From: Naegleria gruberi
Taxonomy: Eukaryota
Strand: one strand, 5' to 3'
DNA length: 2,987 nt
NCBI GenBank assembly: GCA_000004985.1
Contig: GG739239.1
Each line of letters starts with the position of its first letter. Position 1 is the stretch's first letter. The position numbers and the translations under genes were made by a program. Below are positions 1 to 2,987 of the stretch, piece by piece. The notes beneath the pieces were generated by a model. It did not search any database. It was not told the DNA's origin and saw only the letters and a list, made by a program, of their open reading frames with translations.

Positions 1-967
1 GGGCAGACATTTTTGAGATTCGAATAATGAGTTTAATTGTTTTTTTGTTTGTTATTGAATGAAGCAACGGCAATTTTAGCTTCATTTATAGGGTTTACAA
101 GTAGTCTCGTATTTAATTTACAAGAAGGGAAATGCACAAAGATATTGTAAAATTTAAAATGGTTACCGTGTTCTAAACATGGTCTAGTAGAATCATTAAT
201 GGAAATCAAGGTTTTTTAAAGGGATTTTCTTGAAAAAGTGGTAGGCAATTAAATATGTGTACCGTGAAACTCTAATTTAACGATAGTAAGATTATTAATA
301 AAGATTTCCATATATTTTATAAAATTACAATTTACAATCAACTTTGAATGGTTCTATGAGAACTCAAAATTGAAAATAGCATTGTAAACCATGTCAAAGA
401 AACAAGCTTCAATACTGTAAATTTCCAAAAAGGTAACCATCTGGTTGCAAGCAATAGATTTAACACTCCTATCTGGGAAAATCTAATATTTAATCCAAGA
501 AATTAAATATATTGAATTAACAATGATTTAGATTTTCAGACATGTTTAGAAATTGATTAGAATACCCAAAGTCAATGAAATTGTTTCTGAAATTCTTTAA
601 CGGTGTTGGAAATGATTTCTAATGCAATGCTGAACTTTCAAACGAAATGAGATAGGATAATGACCTCAAGATGGCATTGCTGTGGAAAAAGGGCGTAATA
701 TTAATGTGTTGAAATTCATCTATTACGCGTGTAGTAGAATAAAGCTCATTGTTTTCGTATTTATTGGTGTGTAGTTGGATAAACTGTCAGTAACAAGTAT
801 CAGAACTGATATTGGAATGAAGAACTTGGAAAACCCAAAGACTGATCCACTCCACTTCTAAGAACCTTCTTCTATTACAGTGGCCATACACTAGTGAGAG
901 AGATATGAATGAACAGTAATGGCCAAATTGGCGCACATTTAAAACAAATTAAGAAGTAATAAGAAAA

Positions 968-1057
968 ATGGCGTTATCAAAGAATCATCATTTAATTTCG
1001 AGTCAATGGCTAAGGAGTTTGATTGTTGTATTGATGATGATGATGTTGCTTTCAAGA
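968..1057 (+). CDS. Candidate 5' exon encoding a signal-peptide-like N-terminus (MALSKNHHLISSQWLRSLIVVLMMMMLLSR..). The splice donor is not resolved: GT at 1058 would give a phase-0 exon of 30 codons.
   Basis: ATG at 968 opens a 36-codon ORF (to TAA 1076) with a basic n-region (K,H,H,R), a 12-residue hydrophobic core LIVVLMMMMLLS, and a small polar SRVSSSS stretch. A signal peptide is expected because DOMON domains and glycosylated S/T/N linkers are extracellular, and the 1164 ORF has no signal peptide. Caveats: the donor GTTTCA at 1058 is weak, and the acceptor is ambiguous (phase-0-compatible AGs at 1138-1139 and 1159-1160). AT-rich DNA readily yields hydrophobic ORFs by chance. Confidence 0.3.
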
Positions 1058-1075
1058 GTTTCATCATCATCATTA
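1032..1075 (+). repeat. Perfect inverted repeat / hairpin: (ATG)4 arm 1034..1045 pairs with (CAT)4 arm 1062..1073. It extends by a G-T wobble and a T-A pair to 1032/1075, with a 16-nt loop 1046..1061.
   Basis: Direct reading: GATGATGATGATG ttgctttcaagagttt CATCATCATCAT. Reverse complement of CATCATCATCAT is ATGATGATGATG. Confidence 0.8.
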
Positions 1076-1080
1076 TAAAA
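1074..1080 (+). promoter_or_regulatory. TATAAAA motif, an alternative reading in which it is a TATA box for a transcript whose first ATG is at 1164.
   Basis: TATAAAA lies ~85 nt upstream of ATG 1164. Such motifs are common by chance in AT-rich DNA, and this reading conflicts with the signal-peptide-exon hypothesis. Confidence 0.2.
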
Positions 1081-1163
1081 TATTAGATACTTATAATAAT
1101 TATAATACAACTAGAAGAATAAAAGGTTCGGAACGTAAGGCAACTATTGTATACAGTCAGAGT

Positions 1164-1380
1164 ATGAATACTCAGTTTGTATCTTCCACTGATTATCCAT
1201 CGGGAAATGTGGCCACATTCAGTTCCAATCTCAAGCTATATTGGAAATTATTAAGGAATGAAAAAAGCTCTGATATTAATGATGCAATCTTGGAATTTGG
1301 AGCTGTGGCCAAAAACACGAGAGGTTACGTCTCGTTTTGCTTTGGTTATTTAAATGGAGATCCAATGAAGGGTGATACCA
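1164..1380 (+). CDS. Exon encoding the N-terminal half of the divergent DOMON-like copy 1. The true 5' boundary is uncertain: coding-like similarity to the repeat unit extends upstream to ~1140. ATG 1164 is the first in-frame ATG.
   Basis: In-frame translation MNTQFVSSTDYPSGNVATFSSNLKLYWKLLRNEKSSDINDAILEFGAVAKNTRGYVSFCFGYLNGDPMKGDT aligns residue-for-residue with the N-terminal half of copies 2/3 (WVNSADYP..KLYWKVL..IIEFGL..GYASIGF..GMDTADT). The frame is open upstream to 1044, and '..ATIVYSQS' (1140..1163) matches the conserved 'GYSQSI' that begins copies 2/3. The exon ends at ACCA|GTAAGT, giving a phase-1 donor. Confidence 0.7.
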
Positions 1381-1437
1381 GTAAGTTGTTATTGGCAATA
1401 TTAACTTAATATTATTAATGATGATGAATTGATAAAG
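1381..1437 (+). other. Spliceosomal intron (57 nt, phase 1), GTAAGT donor and AG acceptor.
   Basis: Read-through of exon 1 hits TAA at 1407 and TGA at 1425. Joining 1380 to 1438 gives ..GDT-I-FGYYNSASQSVTIMDAWM.., which aligns colinearly with ..ADT-M-FGYVDSTGKAVILDTYM.. of copies 2/3. The donor at 1381 is the consensus GTAAGT. The only AG in the right phase (position congruent to 1 mod 3) is at 1436-1437. Confidence 0.75.
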
Positions 1438-2987
1438 TTTTCGGGTATTATAATAGTGCTTCTCAAAGTGTAACCATCATGGATGCATGGATGGTTGCAA
1501 AGCCACAATCACCAGTGAGTGATGCTTCCGATGATATCCTTCAAAGAAATGGTGGATACAACTCGGCCACAGGTGAGACACATATCAAGTGGACACGTTT
1601 CGTTAAAACAGGAGATTCCCACGATGTCATTTTCACCAATGCAGTCATGAAAACTTCCTGGGCACTCCACTCCACCAGTACTGGAATGGTTAGACATACC
1701 AGCACTGGCAAAGGTCCAAGTTTGAATTTCCTTTCAGCTGGTTATGCTACTGGTGAGTATGGAGTATTGCCAAGTCAACCAGAAGTTTCGGATGGACGTT
1801 CTAGTAGTAGTAATTCGACCTGTTCACTTCCAACTGGATATTCACAAAGTATTTTAACTCACTGGGTCAATTCTGCTGATTATCCTGCAGCTAATTACAA
1901 GTTAGTTGGAACATCTGATTCATTGAAATTATATTGGAAAGTTTTGACCAATCCAAATGATGCAAATAATCCAATTATTGAATTTGGATTGTTGGCTACT
2001 GGTATTTATGGTTATGCTTCTCTTGGTTTCAACCATGGAGCTAGTTCAGGAATGCAAACTGCTGATACCATGTTTGGATATGTTGATTCAACTGGAAAAG
2101 TGGTAATAGTTGATGCTTACATGCAAGGTAATCTTCAAGCTCCAACCTTAGATTCATCTCAAGATTTCATTTCCAAAAATGGAGGATTAAGATCTGTGAG
2201 TGGAAATTATGAGCTTCATTTGAAATGGACACGTTTGGTCAATACTATGGATTCTGCTGATCAAGCATTCACCAATGTTCAAATTCCAATATCATGGGCT
2301 CTTTCCAAAACTTCCACATCAATTACAGCTGTTCACAGTTACAGAGACAAGAATGTCATGATTAATTTCATGCAGACTGTAACTTTGTCAGATTTGGGTG
2401 TTCCTCCAGGAAGTGCTCTGACTGCAGCTTGTTCTAATAGCACAAATTCAACAAGTACTATACCACCTACCGATAATGGCAATGTTGTTACTCCTACTAA
2501 TCCTCCTATTGTTTCCAATAGCACATCTTCAAATGGCAATTCTTGTTCGTTGCCAAGTGGATATTCTCAAAGTATTACCACTAAATGGGTTAATTCTGCA
2601 GATTATCCATTGAATAATTACAAGTTAGTTGCTAATTATGGAACTTCTGATTCATTGAAATTGTATTGGAAAGTTTTAACAAATCCAAATGATGCAAATG
2701 TACCAATTATTGAATTTGGATTGATTGCCACAGGAATTTATGGTTATGCATCAATTGGATTTAATCATGGAACCAACTCTGGAATGGACACTGCTGATAC
2801 AATGTTTGGTTATGTAGATTCAACTGGTAAGGCAGTTATATTAGACACATACATGCAAGGTAATCTTCAAGCACCAACATTAGATTCATCTCAAGATTTC
2901 ATTTCCAAAAATGGTGGATTAAGATCTGTGAGTGGAAATTATGAGCTTCATTTGAAATGGACACGTTTGGTCAATACTATGGATTCT
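1438..2987 (+). CDS. Terminal in-window exon (3' partial, continues past window end) of a tandem-DOMON-domain secreted protein. It covers the C-terminal half of domain copy 1, all of copy 2 and most of copy 3.
   Basis: Phase-1 exon: nt 1438-1439 complete the codon begun at 1380, then 516 codons (1440..2987) with no stop. Translation runs ..IFGYYNSASQSVTIMDAWMVAKPQSPVSDASDDILQRNGGYNSATGETHIKWTRFV.. then two near-identical 244-aa units (CSLPTGYSQSILTHWVNSADYP..KLYWKVLTNPNDANNPIIEFGLLATGIYGYASLGFNHGASSGMQTADTMFGYVDSTGKVVIVDAYMQGNLQAPTLDSSQDFISKNGGLRSVSGNYELHLKWTRLVNTMDS..). A/T-ending codon preference is consistent throughout. Repeat-to-repeat differences are mostly synonymous, which argues for real coding sequence. 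Confidence 0.85.
1821..2432 (+). repeat. DOMON domain copy 2: complete, Cys-bounded (Cys codon 1821 to Cys codon 2430), no intron.
   Basis: CSLPTGYSQSILTHWVNSADYPAANYKLVGTSDSLKLYWKVLTNPNDANNPIIEFGLLATGIYGYASLGFNHGASSGMQTADTMFGYVDSTGKVVIVDAYMQGNLQAPTLDSSQDFISKNGGLRSVSGNYELHLKWTRLVNTMDSADQAFTNVQIPISWALSKTSTSITAVHSYRDKNVMINFMQTVTLSDLGVPPGSALTAAC. This matches the DOMON signature as in the dopamine beta-monooxygenase N-terminal domain: L.W...(I)xFxLxAxTxGWvgfGFSxxGxMxxADxvvG.., then QDYxL, then I.F.RxLxTxDxxD, then (V/I)xWA. Confidence 0.7.
2433..2543 (+). other. Inter-domain linker, Ser/Thr/Asn/Pro-rich, with three N-S-T sequons (likely N- and O-glycosylated, mucin-like).
   Basis: Translation SNSTNSTSTIPPTDNGNVVTPTNPPIVSNSTSSNGNS between the Cys codon at 2430 and the Cys codon at 2544. 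A shorter analogous linker (PSQPEVSDGRSSSSNST) sits at ~1770..1820 between copies 1 and 2. Confidence 0.6.
2544..2987 (+). repeat. DOMON domain copy 3: truncated by the window end, 732-nt period relative to copy 2.
   Basis: The same period is recovered at both ends of the unit (723-nt offset at the 5' Cys codons plus a 9-nt insertion GCTAATTAT = ANY, giving 732 nt at the 3' end). Protein ~85% identical to copy 2. Confidence 0.7.

Larger units (their letters stand above)
1140..1769 (+). repeat. DOMON-like domain copy 1: divergent, 57-nt intron included, lacks both flanking Cys.
   Basis: Protein-level colinear alignment to copies 2/3: YSQS, DYP, KLYWK(L/V)L, (I/L)EFG, GY.S.(C/G)F, GM/PM..DT, FGY, DAWM/DAYMQ, HIKWTRFV/HLKWTRLV, SWAL. 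About 35-40% aa identity. Confidence 0.65.

Noticed and set aside
297-743. AATAAA hexamers (297..302, 738..743, 1117..1122) as polyadenylation signals of an upstream gene
   Set aside because: Expected by chance in ~67% AT sequence. There is no upstream ORF or exon structure to attach them to.
1164-1409. 81-aa ORF from the track as a standalone small protein
   Set aside because: Its last 9 codons (SKLLLAILT*) are intron read-through starting at the GTAAGT donor at 1381. The real product continues via splicing to 1438.
1407-1427. Ciliate-type genetic code (TAA/TAG as Gln) allowing read-through of the intron
   Set aside because: A TGA occurs at 1425 anyway. The 516-codon main exon contains no TAA or TAG at all and uses CAA/CAG for Gln, as expected for the standard code.
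1509-1697. 62-aa minus-strand ORF from the track
   Set aside because: Lies entirely antisense to the conserved, repeat-supported + strand reading frame. It has no homology logic of its own and is a typical shadow ORF.
1512-2212. In-frame GTGAGT hexamers (1515, 1752, 2205, 2937) as additional intron donors
   Set aside because: They sit inside codons that are conserved between repeat copies (..SPVSD.., ..ATGEYG.., ..RSVSGNYEL..), and no downstream acceptor restores a better alignment. They are coding.
2339-2539. 66-aa minus-strand ORF from the track
   Set aside because: Antisense to the DOMON copy 2 C-terminus and the STPN linker of the + strand gene. Artefact of codon bias on the sense strand.
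1801-2987. Tandem repeat interpreted as satellite DNA or a CRISPR-like array
   Set aside because: The period is 732 nt, the repeats are in one continuous open reading frame, and they diverge mainly at synonymous sites. They are protein domain repeats.

Overview
Eukaryote-like, AT-rich (roughly two-thirds A+T) window using the standard genetic code. The 5' ~960 nt is non-coding and AT-rich, with stops in every frame and no ORF of 60 aa or more. From ~1140 to the window end the + strand carries the 5' part of one protein-coding gene made of tandem ~244-aa repeats of a DOMON-type extracellular domain, joined by Ser/Thr/Asn/Pro-rich linkers with N-x-S/T glycosylation sequons. At least three domain copies are visible: a divergent copy 1 interrupted by a 57-nt GTAAGT...AG intron (1381..1437), then two highly similar intron-less copies 2 and 3. 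An uninterrupted frame runs 1428..2987 (520 codons, no stop) and continues past the window edge. The supplied ORF track does not list it, presumably because it has no stop inside the window. The two antisense ORFs in the track are artefacts of this sense ORF. Copies 2 and 3 show mosaic nucleotide identity: ~80% over most of the unit but ~98% over a 138-nt block with synonymous-only differences, suggesting recent gene conversion. A short signal-peptide-like ORF (968..1075) containing a perfect (ATG)4/(CAT)4 hairpin lies just upstream and may be the first exon. No rRNA, tRNA, CRISPR or transposon signatures were recognised.
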